A DNA stretch of 64,000 nucleotides from Verrucomicrobiota bacterium (GTDB lineage Bacteria; Verrucomicrobiota; Verrucomicrobiia; Opitutales; Cerasicoccaceae): the NCBI GenBank assembly GCA_039818205.1, contig JBCBUK010000001.1, forward strand, positions 512,001 through 576,000. The letters are read 5' to 3'. Of this stretch, positions 8,189 to 18,816 are shown piece after piece. The notes beneath the pieces were generated by a model. The model saw nothing but the letters and a program-made list of their open reading frames with translations, ran no database searches and was not told where the DNA came from. A program made the position numbers and the translations under genes. Positions within the stretch are counted from its first letter, which is position 1; each line of letters starts with the position of its first letter.

Positions 8189-9340
8189 ATGAGAAAAAAC
8201 CGTCTCGTATGGGCTGTACCTGTGTGCTGTCTCATCGCATCACTATCGACTACCTCAATGCACGCGGCAACGCGTTACCTCTCGAACTATTCCGGCGACT
8301 TCAAATCACGCATGACCGCTGCGGTCAATCAGTCCAGCAGTGGCGACGTGATTAGCGTCAACGTAAACCTCAATGCAAATAGTCCCTACACACTGACCAA
8401 GAGCGGCCTAACCTTGACCGGCAACGGAACAATAACCGCAAACGGCAGCAAAATACTCAACCTAAAGGCAAGCAATACCACCATCAAGAACATCACGTTT
8501 AATGGTGGAACCCGCACGATTGATGTTACCTCAAATGGAACCCTGAACAACATCACCTTTGACAATGTGAAGGTGAAAAACGGGCCTTACCGAGGCATTG
8601 GTTTCTATGAAACCAATATAAACAACATTACGGTCAAAAACTGTACCTTCACGAACAAACCGTTCTCTGTGGAGATCCATGACTGCGCGATGGCCACGAA
8701 TGTGACCATCACCAACAATACCTTCAACTCGAGTGATCATCAGGTTTCGCTCGATTGTGCCGACCTCGGGAACAACCTGAATCACAGCAACATCCGCATC
8801 ACTAACAACACCTTCAACGTGACGGCTCGCCATAACCTTGCGCTGGCAAACATGAAGGCCAGCCTAATCAAAGGGAATGTTATGAAAGGTGGAACCGCTG
8901 GCTACACCCAGTGTGTGCACATCGAAGACCGCACCCGAGGAGCCTACATCAAGGAAAACCAAATGACTAACTGGGGCAATGGAAGTGGCTCTGGCGATGC
9001 CGTGATCATCTACACAACCGATCGATTCGGTCACGGAACCGGCGCTCTCCTTACCCCACAACAAAAGCGCGCCTACGCATCTGGTCCCGTATCACTCGAG
9101 AATAATACGATCATTGGCGCCGGGCGGCATGGCGTGCTGATCAGCTACTTACAAGGGAAAGCCAACTTTTGGGGAAATAACCAAACCCTCAAAGGAAACA
9201 ACAAGGCGATCTTCAAGAGCAACATCGTGAATACCTCCCAGCTCAACATCGCAGATTCAACCAAGTTCAAAAACAATCGGACTTGGGGCGTCTTAAAGAA
9301 CTGGTCGCCCAGCGCAAGAAGCGGTTACGTCAACTTCTAG
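8189..9340 (+). CDS. Secreted right-handed parallel beta-helix protein (pectin-lyase-like fold), function unknown
   Basis: Signal peptide ending SMHA. Repeated Asn-ladder strands NTTIKNITF, NNITFDNVKV, NNITVKNCTF, NVTITNNTF, NIRITNNTF. Confidence 0.75.
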   Translation: MRKNRLVWAVPVCCLIASLSTTSMHAATRYLSNYSGDFKSRMTAAVNQSSSGDVISVNVNLNANSPYTLTKSGLTLTGNGTITANGSKILNLKASNTTIKNITFNGGTRTIDVTSNGTLNNITFDNVKVKNGPYRGIGFYETNINNITVKNCTFTNKPFSVEIHDCAMATNVTITNNTFNSSDHQVSLDCADLGNNLNHSNIRITNNTFNVTARHNLALANMKASLIKGNVMKGGTAGYTQCVHIEDRTRGAYIKENQMTNWGNGSGSGDAVIIYTTDRFGHGTGALLTPQQKRAYASGPVSLENNTIIGAGRHGVLISYLQGKANFWGNNQTLKGNNKAIFKSNIVNTSQLNIADSTKFKNNRTWGVLKNWSPSARSGYVNF

Positions 9341-9355
9341 CAATACAATAACGCT

Positions 9356-10171
9356 ATGGCGAAACACCTTCCGTTTTGGTTGGGCTTTGCTGCGCTTACA
9401 TTTCTCCTCGGGTTCTACACCCGAGGAGTTATTGCGACTGCGCCGCAAACGCCAAGCCCTTTGGTAATTTCCGATCTACCAATTCCATCGACCTCCGATG
9501 ATCGAGAAGACACTCACGTTGAACGCCTAGAGGCCGAACTCGAAACCGAATCGGCGCTCGAGCCGATTGATTTGGTGATCTTTGACCCCGATAACCCGGT
9601 GGAACGGCTGCAGGCACTTGAAACCGTCCGATACGAACTGCCAGGCTCCGCGTTCAACCGACTCGTTCCCGACGCATTCGACGATGAACATCATATTTCC
9701 GCGGAAATGCGGGCACTGATGGATCTATCCGAAGAAGAAACTGAGCAGCTAAATGGAATGCTCGACCGGTCAATGATGGAGCTCCGTGCTATCGAAGAAG
9801 CTCAGGTTGTCGCAAGAGTCGGAAAAAATGGCGAGCTTACGTTCACAATTCCTCCCTATCCAGACCAAGGGCTCAAAGTTCGGGCGGCACTTTTGCGGAA
9901 CATCGAATCAGGCCTGGGCGAATCACGCCGACACTTATTCGAAATGATGCTCATTCAAAAACCGTCTTCCTTTGGTAACTTCGGCAAGGACACCATCGCA
10001 GTCCGAAATCCAACCTTTGAAACCGTCAACGGCTGGCGCGAAATCGTTACGATCCAAGTCGGCAAAATGGTCGACATTGGCACCGAAGACGAGCGCTTCG
10101 AAGGCGTCGAACGCGCATTTCTACCAGCCGCATTCCAAAAACGCTACGGACATTTCTTCGACTTCGAATAA
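9356..10171 (+). CDS. Hypothetical protein with an N-terminal membrane anchor
   Basis: 271-aa ORF 15 nt after the beta-helix gene, with an N-terminal hydrophobic helix (FWLGFAALTFLLGFY) and an acidic soluble remainder. Confidence 0.65.
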   Translation: MAKHLPFWLGFAALTFLLGFYTRGVIATAPQTPSPLVISDLPIPSTSDDREDTHVERLEAELETESALEPIDLVIFDPDNPVERLQALETVRYELPGSAFNRLVPDAFDDEHHISAEMRALMDLSEEETEQLNGMLDRSMMELRAIEEAQVVARVGKNGELTFTIPPYPDQGLKVRAALLRNIESGLGESRRHLFEMMLIQKPSSFGNFGKDTIAVRNPTFETVNGWREIVTIQVGKMVDIGTEDERFEGVERAFLPAAFQKRYGHFFDFE

Positions 10172-10218
10172 ACCAAAAACAACCAAGAGACTGGAAAAAG
10201 CGGTTAGGCGATTCGCAC

Positions 10219-11076
10219 TTACCGAGGCGGAGCCTCATAGACGGCATCTTTGAAGTCGTCACGATCTTCCATCTTGATCTTCACGACATCGTCATCAGAG
10301 ATGTTTGTAACTTGAACTGCATCGTCAGGAATCGCAAATGAGCGATATGTCACCCGCTCCGGATTCCGGGAGTCCTGGAACACGATGATCAAATGTCGAC
10401 CATCCCGCTTTACTGCATAGCGCTTTTTTTCAATAACGTAGCTTTCTTCATTATTGAAACCAGCCATCGCAAACGGCACGAAAAAGCGCCGCGTGTCACC
10501 TGAAAACGAGTAGTCCTTCAAACTCATGGGAACGATATCTGCAATCGTTTCACCGACCATTGCCCGAACGGTCTGCTTACTGAAATTAATGATGCGAACC
10601 TTATTTTTCCCAAAATCATAACCACCGATGTCGACTGCCCGGGCGGAAAGGCGCCGCTGCGAATTCGGAGTCATAATAATCAGCTTGGTTCCAGGTTTGC
10701 CAAGGTCGACCCTTGCCATCGGTTGACGAACCATACCACCCTCGCCATCAGGAACCTCCTTAAAAAAGGTGAGGACACTTGAGCCATTGGAATAGGACAT
10801 GGCGCGCGATAGCTGATTCGGGTAAGCAGCCACTTGGTAGACCTCGTCGCCGTTCGTAGCGAACTTGAGATCAACACCAGAATCCAATACGCCGCTACCA
10901 ATATCGTTTTTCGCGAAATACAGGACATGAAAAATGTAGCGATCAGCTTTCTCGTCAGCAGAACCGCGATTTTGGGCCAACAGCCCCACAGACGGGGCTG
11001 TCAACGAAATGCAAACAAGCAATATAAAACCTATAGTCTTCTTCGAAAAGGACATGAGAAATAGCGTGAGAGACAA
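10219..11076 (-). CDS. Hypothetical exported protein, companion of the PilX-like giant protein
   Basis: 285-aa ORF 6 nt downstream of 11083..14781 on the same strand. Signal-like N-terminus and beta-rich body (VRIINFS). The start may be the second Met (MSFSKK). Confidence 0.7.
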   Translation of the reverse strand: MSLTLFLMSFSKKTIGFILLVCISLTAPSVGLLAQNRGSADEKADRYIFHVLYFAKNDIGSGVLDSGVDLKFATNGDEVYQVAAYPNQLSRAMSYSNGSSVLTFFKEVPDGEGGMVRQPMARVDLGKPGTKLIIMTPNSQRRLSARAVDIGGYDFGKNKVRIINFSKQTVRAMVGETIADIVPMSLKDYSFSGDTRRFFVPFAMAGFNNEESYVIEKKRYAVKRDGRHLIIVFQDSRNPERVTYRSFAIPDDAVQVTNISDDDVVKIKMEDRDDFKDAVYEAPPR

Positions 11077-11082
11077 TCGTTA

Positions 11083-14000
11083 TTAAATTTCATTTTCGCT
11101 CAGCCAGCGAAACGATACCACTTCAAATTTTCGACCGAATTGTTCGTTTACTGCCGAAAAGTTAGCAGGATCGTCGAACGAACGGTTCGAAGGGTCAACG
11201 AAATCTGGTGAACGCTGAACAACCATCTCACAGTAGGCCTTGGCAGTTTCCTGCCCAGTGAGTGGATCCACTGCACTTCCAAAAGAACGAATCGTAAAAG
11301 TATCGCTTCGAGCGGTGAGAGCCGGCCCAATCTTCGCTAAGACATCCGCTTGAGTGAGTGATCCTGGCGCGCCGTCGATGAATGGACGGTTTCTTACGAC
11401 TTCGAGTGACTCACCATAGTAAGGAGCCGTTTCAGTGGGAAGGGGGGCAGTAATATAGTCAATATTCCAAAGGCCATCGCCGAGCTGGGTCCCCCATGTC
11501 TCATTCAGAGCCGGCCGTCCATTGATTTCCGATTGTTCGATCGCAAACTGCAAGGGACCGGTATAGGCAAACCGTCGGCGATCAGATTGAGATACGTCGG
11601 AAGCATCAATTGACCGGTTCACGAATGCTCCCAAAGACAGAAATGGATAGCCTCGGGCAGCTGAACGGGTCTTGATTTCATCGACAATCGAATTTGCTAA
11701 CGCGGTGATCTGATTATCGGAAAGATTTCGATATCCAGCCACCAAGGAATCAATTCCAGCGTCGTTATAGTCAGGCTTTTCACCCGTCGATGAGAGCTTT
11801 GGTGCGGCAAACCGCGCAAAATTATGTCGAAGGTCTTGAGATACGGAAGCCTGTCCCAACGTTTGAACGTCACGAAGTGCTCCAAGAATAGACTCCCATG
11901 CAGCGACTGAAGTAGAATTCACATTGAAACCACCTTCCAAATACAAATTGGCAGCGGCTCGGGTATTGTCTAACAGGTCGCCAGTGGTCACCGAGTTGTT
12001 CTTCTTAATCATCCGTCCGTTCGGAAGCGGGAAAGAAACACCGGGATTCAATGACGGGATGATCGATGACATAAAAAACTCATCCCAAAGAGCCTCATTC
12101 AAGAGATAGGAGTAGTCGTAGTGAGCTCCATTGTAGTTATTGGGCATACCACGCGGACCACCATTGAAGAATCCGGATGTGTCATTAATCGCTAGACTGG
12201 TCTCAGTCAGCGGAAGGTGGATGTTCGCGATCGAATTACCAATTGCATAGGTCGGCATGGTAAACGGTTGCTGCATGTTAGAATACCAGGAATTACCGTC
12301 TAACGAATGGCCCACGCGATCGACATTCATCAGATTTGCGTGCATGAACTGGCCAATTCCGACAGGGGGCCGAGTTGGGGCCTGGAACAAGATCATTTGG
12401 TCACTACCTTGTTCGGCACCGTCATCGTGTCCGAGACCAACATAGGCGACACCACTGTCGACACCACCAAGGTAATTACTTGTCTGCGTATTCGAGCTAT
12501 CCCACCACGCGGTTGGATTTGTTCCGTAAAGGCGATAAATAAACGTTCTTCCAGAATTCGGGAGACCACGCATCGAACGGACATGGGCCTGATCAGTGAC
12601 GTACGGAGCTCGCGGATTCATCTGTGACAACAAATGAACGGTTTGCTCGTTCCAATAATCATATTCAGGTCCTTCGGTGTTCGCGAATTTCATTCGCAAA
12701 CCGGTCCCGATAAGCGTGGTAGCCCACGACTCAACAATATTCAGATCGACGTCAGAAATGCCAGTGTTGCCTTCAGTCGCAGAAGAACCGGCGGGAAAAA
12801 CAAAATCATTAAATGAAGTGAAACCGCTGTCCAGCTCACGAATATCAACTACCCGAGGAGCTTTACTGGTGCGATAATACACTCCTGGCCCAGCGCCAAT
12901 AACCGCCAAAAAGCGAAGGTCAGGATTGGCATCATCCTCGAACGGAGCTGAATAAAGATTAGTGACCTGCAAGTCGACATTTGCGTGAGGCGCGAATGCA
13001 ATCCGCGATTTTGAATTTGGATCAGCCTCATTAAACTTGAACGGAATAGTTGTCGTATCAACCCCAGCTGAACCAGCTGCCGGAGTCTTGGGTGGAATGT
13101 TTCGTGGCTGGCTGAAAAATCCAGTAACCAATGACCCACCGGCACCCTCGCTCAAGACATTATTGGTGTAATCACCGAAATCCATGAATGAGTTCACCGA
13201 TGGCGTGTATGTCCGAGCCTCGCCCGCTGGAATGACTCCTCCTTGAATGCGGAAGCCAATCATGTTGCGGTTCTGATCTTGCGGGTGTGTGAAATGAGAA
13301 CCCCACTTATTGATCAAGTCGGCTAGGTTATCATCGCCGGGATTATTGATATTTGGAGCTTGGCCATTAAGTCCACGATGATCTACGAGAAATACTCCCC
13401 GCATATCTGTCTCGAGTCCCAGATCAGGGATCGTCATGTCCTCGTCGTAGGGATTCCATAGAGTGATGAGAGGAAAAATTCCAACGGAGTACTGATAGTC
13501 GATCGCCAGATCTTCGGTTTGGCTAGATACTACACTCTTACGATCAGCAAATACTTGAACGATAAAGTGAAATCGGGTCATGATTGGAGCAATGGCGTTC
13601 GTATCATTATCCTGCAGCTCGAAATTTATGCCAGTGCCAGGATTTCCTGCTACCGACTCCTGGTAGAAGTCGGCCAACTGTTCCCATGTCGGTCCACCAG
13701 GGTCGCCATCTTGCACACCACCACCGGTAATGGCAGGAAAAATGGGTCCAGTAAGATCGTTTGGTAAGACTTCCAAGGCAGTTGAAAGGTCACGTTTGAT
13801 GCCTCCATCTTTGACATTCGTCAGCACCGATTTGGAATCGACCGTGAACTCGTGGAAAAACTCGCGTTGAAGATCCGCCTTATCATTATCTTCTGTAAGG
13901 AGAGAAATCGATTCATTGTCTGCTACACTAACAACCGGGGTCGATTCATTTCTCCAAAGTGAAACAGCTGCCGAATTGCCCGGAGAAAAGCGGCGGTTTC

Positions 14001-14781
14001 CATCCTCATCAACGGTAACCGAGGGGTCAGCAAACTGGGCGATTGAAGCGTCGTAATATCGAAGATTGTCCGCAGACGCTCCTTGGTAAGGACTATCCAT
14101 GTTGACGCGTGCTTTTACACCGTCGTCACTAACCCAGTATGCATAATAACCGCTCAGGAAATTCTCGGCGTCGCGAATTTCAACGCGAGGCGCCTGAACA
14201 GTCTCTTCCGGACGATTCACAGAAACGTCCTCGGTTGCTAGCGCAACCCTATCTGCGGCGACATTATTAACGTCGGGGTTTTCTCCACTCACTAGCCACT
14301 GGACGTTATTATTATCCAAACCTACCAGAACATCAGTCGCGTCGTTAAGCGGATTTCCAGATTGGTCCAGCTTTGACGACCAAACACCGGTCCAATGCGC
14401 TTGCCCTTGAGTGATGTTCACGGTTGGACCACCCGGATCAAAAATCACGTCTGCCCGAGCGGTAACTCGCTGGTCGGGGCCGGCTAGCTCTTGCAGTTGG
14501 GCGAGCGCCGTCATGGCTCCCATGCGGGCATTCATTTTCGCTTGCTCTTCGGCTTTGGAAATCGTCGCTGTTGCGGTCTCGACTTTCACCATTGTTACGA
14601 GGCTCAAGACGAGGAGAACGATGAAAGCCATCAATCCAAGGGCGATCACAAGGGCGAAGCCACCTTCGGACCGACTGCGCGGCGCTCGAAAGCCGCCACG
14701 GTTACCGTCAACACCGATGGACCCAGATCGTAGAGGGATGGCTGATCCAAGGGTGTGCGGGGGTAAATTACTAGTTTTCAT
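11083..14781 (-). CDS. Large PilX/GspK-like minor-pilin protein (Verru_Chthon cassette protein A-like)
   Basis: Prepilin-like site EGG|FALVIALGLMAFIVLLVLSL, then AKMNARMGA..LQELAGPDQRVTARA and YAYWVSDDGVKA. C-terminus GFNVNSTSVAAW, RSDTFTIRSFG, CEMVVQR, FGRKFEVVSFRWL matches this Verrucomicrobial family as I recall it. Confidence 0.8.
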   Translation of the reverse strand: MKTSNLPPHTLGSAIPLRSGSIGVDGNRGGFRAPRSRSEGGFALVIALGLMAFIVLLVLSLVTMVKVETATATISKAEEQAKMNARMGAMTALAQLQELAGPDQRVTARADVIFDPGGPTVNITQGQAHWTGVWSSKLDQSGNPLNDATDVLVGLDNNNVQWLVSGENPDVNNVAADRVALATEDVSVNRPEETVQAPRVEIRDAENFLSGYYAYWVSDDGVKARVNMDSPYQGASADNLRYYDASIAQFADPSVTVDEDGNRRFSPGNSAAVSLWRNESTPVVSVADNESISLLTEDNDKADLQREFFHEFTVDSKSVLTNVKDGGIKRDLSTALEVLPNDLTGPIFPAITGGGVQDGDPGGPTWEQLADFYQESVAGNPGTGINFELQDNDTNAIAPIMTRFHFIVQVFADRKSVVSSQTEDLAIDYQYSVGIFPLITLWNPYDEDMTIPDLGLETDMRGVFLVDHRGLNGQAPNINNPGDDNLADLINKWGSHFTHPQDQNRNMIGFRIQGGVIPAGEARTYTPSVNSFMDFGDYTNNVLSEGAGGSLVTGFFSQPRNIPPKTPAAGSAGVDTTTIPFKFNEADPNSKSRIAFAPHANVDLQVTNLYSAPFEDDANPDLRFLAVIGAGPGVYYRTSKAPRVVDIRELDSGFTSFNDFVFPAGSSATEGNTGISDVDLNIVESWATTLIGTGLRMKFANTEGPEYDYWNEQTVHLLSQMNPRAPYVTDQAHVRSMRGLPNSGRTFIYRLYGTNPTAWWDSSNTQTSNYLGGVDSGVAYVGLGHDDGAEQGSDQMILFQAPTRPPVGIGQFMHANLMNVDRVGHSLDGNSWYSNMQQPFTMPTYAIGNSIANIHLPLTETSLAINDTSGFFNGGPRGMPNNYNGAHYDYSYLLNEALWDEFFMSSIIPSLNPGVSFPLPNGRMIKKNNSVTTGDLLDNTRAAANLYLEGGFNVNSTSVAAWESILGALRDVQTLGQASVSQDLRHNFARFAAPKLSSTGEKPDYNDAGIDSLVAGYRNLSDNQITALANSIVDEIKTRSAARGYPFLSLGAFVNRSIDASDVSQSDRRRFAYTGPLQFAIEQSEINGRPALNETWGTQLGDGLWNIDYITAPLPTETAPYYGESLEVVRNRPFIDGAPGSLTQADVLAKIGPALTARSDTFTIRSFGSAVDPLTGQETAKAYCEMVVQRSPDFVDPSNRSFDDPANFSAVNEQFGRKFEVVSFRWLSENEI

Positions 14782-15351
14782 GATACTTCAAACAACAGAT
14801 TAATGTCTGAGCGCTCGGTTGCGCGTCCAAAGACTAACTAATTGAGACAAACATACGGATGAATCGGATTCAACTCATTTTCTAGATATCGCATTACGGT
14901 TATTTATGCACCCTAGAATAGCCGGTTGATGGCTCTTTCCAGGGGTCAGATACCGCCAAATGCTGCTAGAATCGGGGCTAAAATATCGCAATTCATTGAT
15001 ATACAATTGATACTCAATTTTCAGATAATGTCTAGCGGGTAGCACTGTTTCATAGCCTCTTTCGGCTTGAAAACCTCCGTTGTTCAGAATCCGCACATCT
15101 GCTACTTATTCCCGCATCTACTGACAATTTTTGTGGACAAATTGACGGATTACACGCGTAACTAAGTGGATCACCCCTGAATACGATCTTCGCCAAGTGG
15201 GAACAAAATCGGCGTCAAATAGCTCCATATCATATACTTGAATAGACAAGTTGTGGCGGGACGATTGACAATTGCCGCACCAGACAAAACACCTCAAGAA
15301 GCTAACTTGTTTAATATTAAAAACTTACATTCCACACAGTCGAAATTTGGC

Positions 15352-16869
15352 ATGAAACTAATTCGCACCCTGACAATAGCCGCACTGGCGAGCGCCGCTT
15401 CACTGGCCTTCGGAGACCGCCCCAATATCGTCCTTATTATGGCCGACGACTTCGGTCCGGGCGACGTTGGTCGCCAACACCAAGAGCGCACGGGAAACCC
15501 AGCCCTTTCGCCCACACCAACGCTCGATGCTCTCGCTGACGCTGGCATGTGGTTTGACGATGCCCATTCCCCGACCTCGCTCTGTTCTCCGAGTCGCTAC
15601 GCTATGATGACCGGCAACTACAACTATCGCAGCTACGCTCCGTGGGGCGTTTGGGGCACCTTCCGCCCAACCGCGATTACCGAGAATGACGCAACGCTGG
15701 GGCGAGTCGCACAAGAAGAGGGTTATTATACTGGCTTTGTCGGCAAATGGCACCTTGGCGGAGATTTCTACCAGAAAGGCTCCACAAAATTTTACCGCGG
15801 GGACGACCGGGGCGACACGCCACTCAATGTCGACATGAGCAAGTGGATTGCGAATGGCCCCCAGGACATGGGCTTTGACTATGACTACACCCTGCCAACC
15901 GGCGTTCAAGGCCCGGTTTATGTAGCATTCGAGAATGGCGTTTGGGCTCCGCTGAACGAGAAATCCGAACTGATCCACTACGACAAGCACTCGGCCAAAG
16001 ACCCGTTCTTTGTTTCGGACAAAGGACCAGGAACCGGAGACTCAGAGTGGGATGCCTACAAATTGCCCGAGATTCTGGCCGAGAAAGCTGTTGGCTTCAT
16101 CGACCGCGCATCGAAGAAGCAACCGTTCTTCCTGTGCTATTGGTCACCGGCGGTTCACATTCCGCACACACCACCCAAGATGTTGGACGGAAAGAAGATC
16201 CGCGGAACGACCCCAACCCACCACACTGATATGAACCGCGTGCTGGACTGGGAGGTCGAACAAATCGTCGATGCTTTGAAAGCCAATGGCGTCTATGATA
16301 ATACGCTCATTATATTCACTTCGGACAATGGTGGTCTCTCAGACGTCAAGGCTGCCAAGGCGGGTCACCTCTCCAACGGCGGTCTGGTGCGTGGAACTAA
16401 GAACCACGCCCATGAAGGCGGCCATTTGGTGCCACTGATCGTCGTCTGGCCAGGTGTCGTTGAAGCAAATTCGCGCAGCGATGTTTTGGTGAACGGCACC
16501 GACTTCCTTGCCACCATCGCCGAGATGACTGGCCATCACCTCACGGAGGACCAAGCAAAAGATTCCCACAGCTTCCTCAAGCTACTGAAGGGTGACCATT
16601 CATTCCAGCCGCGCGCCGAGCTCATGCATCAGGCGGGCAGCATGAACGAGTTAATGTTTCGCCAGGGAGACTGGAAGTTGATCATGCAATCGGATCACCA
16701 ATTGACGAAAATGGATCCCGTTGCCCTATTCAATTTGGCTGACAATCCGATTGAGGATGAGTCCAAGAACCTCATCAACAATCCGGAATATGCCGCCAAG
16801 GTGAAAGCGATGAAAGACCACTATGTGGCCGTTCGCGAATCACCCGACCGGACTGCTCCGCTTCCCTAA
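15352..16869 (+). CDS. Sulfatase S1 (Cys-type), secreted
   Basis: PNIVLIMADD, CSPSRYAMMTG, GKWHLG, FTSDNG. Start reassigned to ATG 15352 (MKLIRTL signal peptide). Confidence 0.93.
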   Translation: MKLIRTLTIAALASAASLAFGDRPNIVLIMADDFGPGDVGRQHQERTGNPALSPTPTLDALADAGMWFDDAHSPTSLCSPSRYAMMTGNYNYRSYAPWGVWGTFRPTAITENDATLGRVAQEEGYYTGFVGKWHLGGDFYQKGSTKFYRGDDRGDTPLNVDMSKWIANGPQDMGFDYDYTLPTGVQGPVYVAFENGVWAPLNEKSELIHYDKHSAKDPFFVSDKGPGTGDSEWDAYKLPEILAEKAVGFIDRASKKQPFFLCYWSPAVHIPHTPPKMLDGKKIRGTTPTHHTDMNRVLDWEVEQIVDALKANGVYDNTLIIFTSDNGGLSDVKAAKAGHLSNGGLVRGTKNHAHEGGHLVPLIVVWPGVVEANSRSDVLVNGTDFLATIAEMTGHHLTEDQAKDSHSFLKLLKGDHSFQPRAELMHQAGSMNELMFRQGDWKLIMQSDHQLTKMDPVALFNLADNPIEDESKNLINNPEYAAKVKAMKDHYVAVRESPDRTAPLP

Positions 16870-16881
16870 GTTTTTTGTCAT

Positions 16882-16915
16882 GCGCCACCTGAGAAACCGG
16901 GTGGCGCTTTCTTTC
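16882..16915 (+). terminator. Rho-independent terminator
   Basis: GCGCCACC(TG)-agaaac-(CG)GGTGGCGC hairpin followed by TTTCTTTC, 12 nt after the sulfatase stop. Confidence 0.7.
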
Positions 16916-17066
16916 CTTAGGGAACTCGCTTGCGCAGCAACCGCCGCATTATCCAAAGATAGTTTGCGACAGCTGCTTGCGAGGGTCCTAAAATTTATCC
17001 CCCACGATACAAACGACGACACCCGAGAAACATTTCAACCGAATATCCAAAACCTCATTTGGTAGT

Positions 17067-18743
17067 ATGAACTTACGATACACTGTTGTTTCCTCGGTCC
17101 TAACCCTGGCTAACCTTTTCAACACCGCGACAGCACAAAACGCAAGCAGCAGCGAATCCCTGCCGCCACCCAACATCATTTTCATCCTGACCGACGACCA
17201 GCGGGCGGATTCCGTTGGCTTCATGGGCAATGACATCGTTGAGACGCCAAACCTCGATCGTCTGGCCGAAGCGGGACACGTTTTCGAGAACGCCTACGTC
17301 ACCTCGGCGATTTGCACGCCCAGTCGCGCTTGTTATATGCTCGGTCAGTTTGAGCGGAAACACGGGCTGAACTTTAACTCGGGCACATCGATCTCTCCGG
17401 AAGCATGGGCCAAATCCTATCCGGTGATTCTTCGGGACAACGGGTATTTTACGGGCTACGTGGGCAAAAACCACCTGCCGATCGGCGATCAGGGATACTA
17501 CACTGGTATCATGGAGGACAGCTTCGACTTTTGGTACGCTGGCCACCACCACATTGGATTCTACCCGAAAGACAAACACGCGATTTTTGACAACGCCGAT
17601 AGTGACACTCAAGCCGAGATCATTACCGAGAGCGCCCTCGCCTTCCTCGACCCAGATTCGAACGAAGCGTTCCTCAATGAAGCAGAAAGCTTCCTCGCCA
17701 AGCGGCCAAAAGATAAGCCATTTTGCCTCTCAATCTGCTTGAACCTCCCGCATGGCTTCAGTGTCAACAAGATGGAGCAGCGCCCAACCGACGCGGACAT
17801 CTACCGAACCGCCTATCGAGACCAGCAAGAGATGCTGCCGCTAGCGCCCCACTATGTCTCCCGGGCAGATATTCAGGATCCGAAACTCCCGGCAGACGTA
17901 TTGCTCACCCAGATTCGCCAGGAGATTTATGACTGGGTTGATACACCCGCTTCGGCTCGCGACTACATGGTCCGCACCATGCAGGCGATCACCGGCATCG
18001 ACCGCATGGTCGGAGAACTCCGCACTATTCTTGAGAAACAAGGATTAGCCGACAACACCGTGATCATATTTAGCTCCGACCACGGACTACTGTTTGGCGA
18101 GCATGGCCTCGGGGGAAAGTCGCTGTGCTATGAAACCACACTGCACGTGCCCTTCATCATCTATGATCCGCGCCTTCCCGAGGCTGACCGTTTGAGCGAC
18201 CTCGTCTTGTCGATCGACGTTGCCCCAACCATCTTGAGCCTAGCGGGCATCAATATTCCGGAGTCCATGCAAGGCGCTGATATCACTCCGCTACTTCGCG
18301 GTGAAGATGTCGAGTGGCGGGACGCTGCATTTGGCGAAAATCTTTGGTCAAATATCTTCGGCAATCCGCGATGCGAAACAGTCCGCACCGACGAGTACCG
18401 TTATATTCGTTACTTCGCGAATGACAATCTCGAGAAACGGAAGAACACGCCGCCCGAAAAGCTCTATGTCGTCGGTGATGATATGGCGAACGACTACCAC
18501 AACTTTTTAACCGCCTCGATCAAGGGCGAGCAACCGGTCTATGAGGAGCTTTTCCATACCTCCGAGGACCCCTACGAAGCCGTAAATCTCGCCGATGACC
18601 CCGCCTACGCGGATGTTCTCGAGGATTTGCGAGCCAAGTGCGCTACCCTGGTTGCTGAGGCGAAAGGCGATGTTGATACGGAGCCGTCAACCATTCGGAT
18701 TGAACCCAAATGGACCCGAACAAGCTACCGCAATCAGCGTTAA
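17067..18743 (+). CDS. Sulfatase S1 (Cys-type), secreted
   Basis: Signal peptide, PNIIFILTDD, CTPSRA, GKNH, FSSDHG. Confidence 0.93.
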   Translation: MNLRYTVVSSVLTLANLFNTATAQNASSSESLPPPNIIFILTDDQRADSVGFMGNDIVETPNLDRLAEAGHVFENAYVTSAICTPSRACYMLGQFERKHGLNFNSGTSISPEAWAKSYPVILRDNGYFTGYVGKNHLPIGDQGYYTGIMEDSFDFWYAGHHHIGFYPKDKHAIFDNADSDTQAEIITESALAFLDPDSNEAFLNEAESFLAKRPKDKPFCLSICLNLPHGFSVNKMEQRPTDADIYRTAYRDQQEMLPLAPHYVSRADIQDPKLPADVLLTQIRQEIYDWVDTPASARDYMVRTMQAITGIDRMVGELRTILEKQGLADNTVIIFSSDHGLLFGEHGLGGKSLCYETTLHVPFIIYDPRLPEADRLSDLVLSIDVAPTILSLAGINIPESMQGADITPLLRGEDVEWRDAAFGENLWSNIFGNPRCETVRTDEYRYIRYFANDNLEKRKNTPPEKLYVVGDDMANDYHNFLTASIKGEQPVYEELFHTSEDPYEAVNLADDPAYADVLEDLRAKCATLVAEAKGDVDTEPSTIRIEPKWTRTSYRNQR

Positions 18744-18816
18744 GCACACTCTAAGCAACCCGTCCACCTAAGGGGATGCCGCCCTCGGCCATCATCCAGT
18801 TTCAAAAGCACTCAGC

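Noticed and set aside
14782..15351. Long AT-rich divergent intergenic region, possible ncRNA or the 73-aa ORF 14875..15096
   Set aside because: No convincing stable structure, known RNA motif or coding signal seen by eye. Most simply a divergent promoter region.
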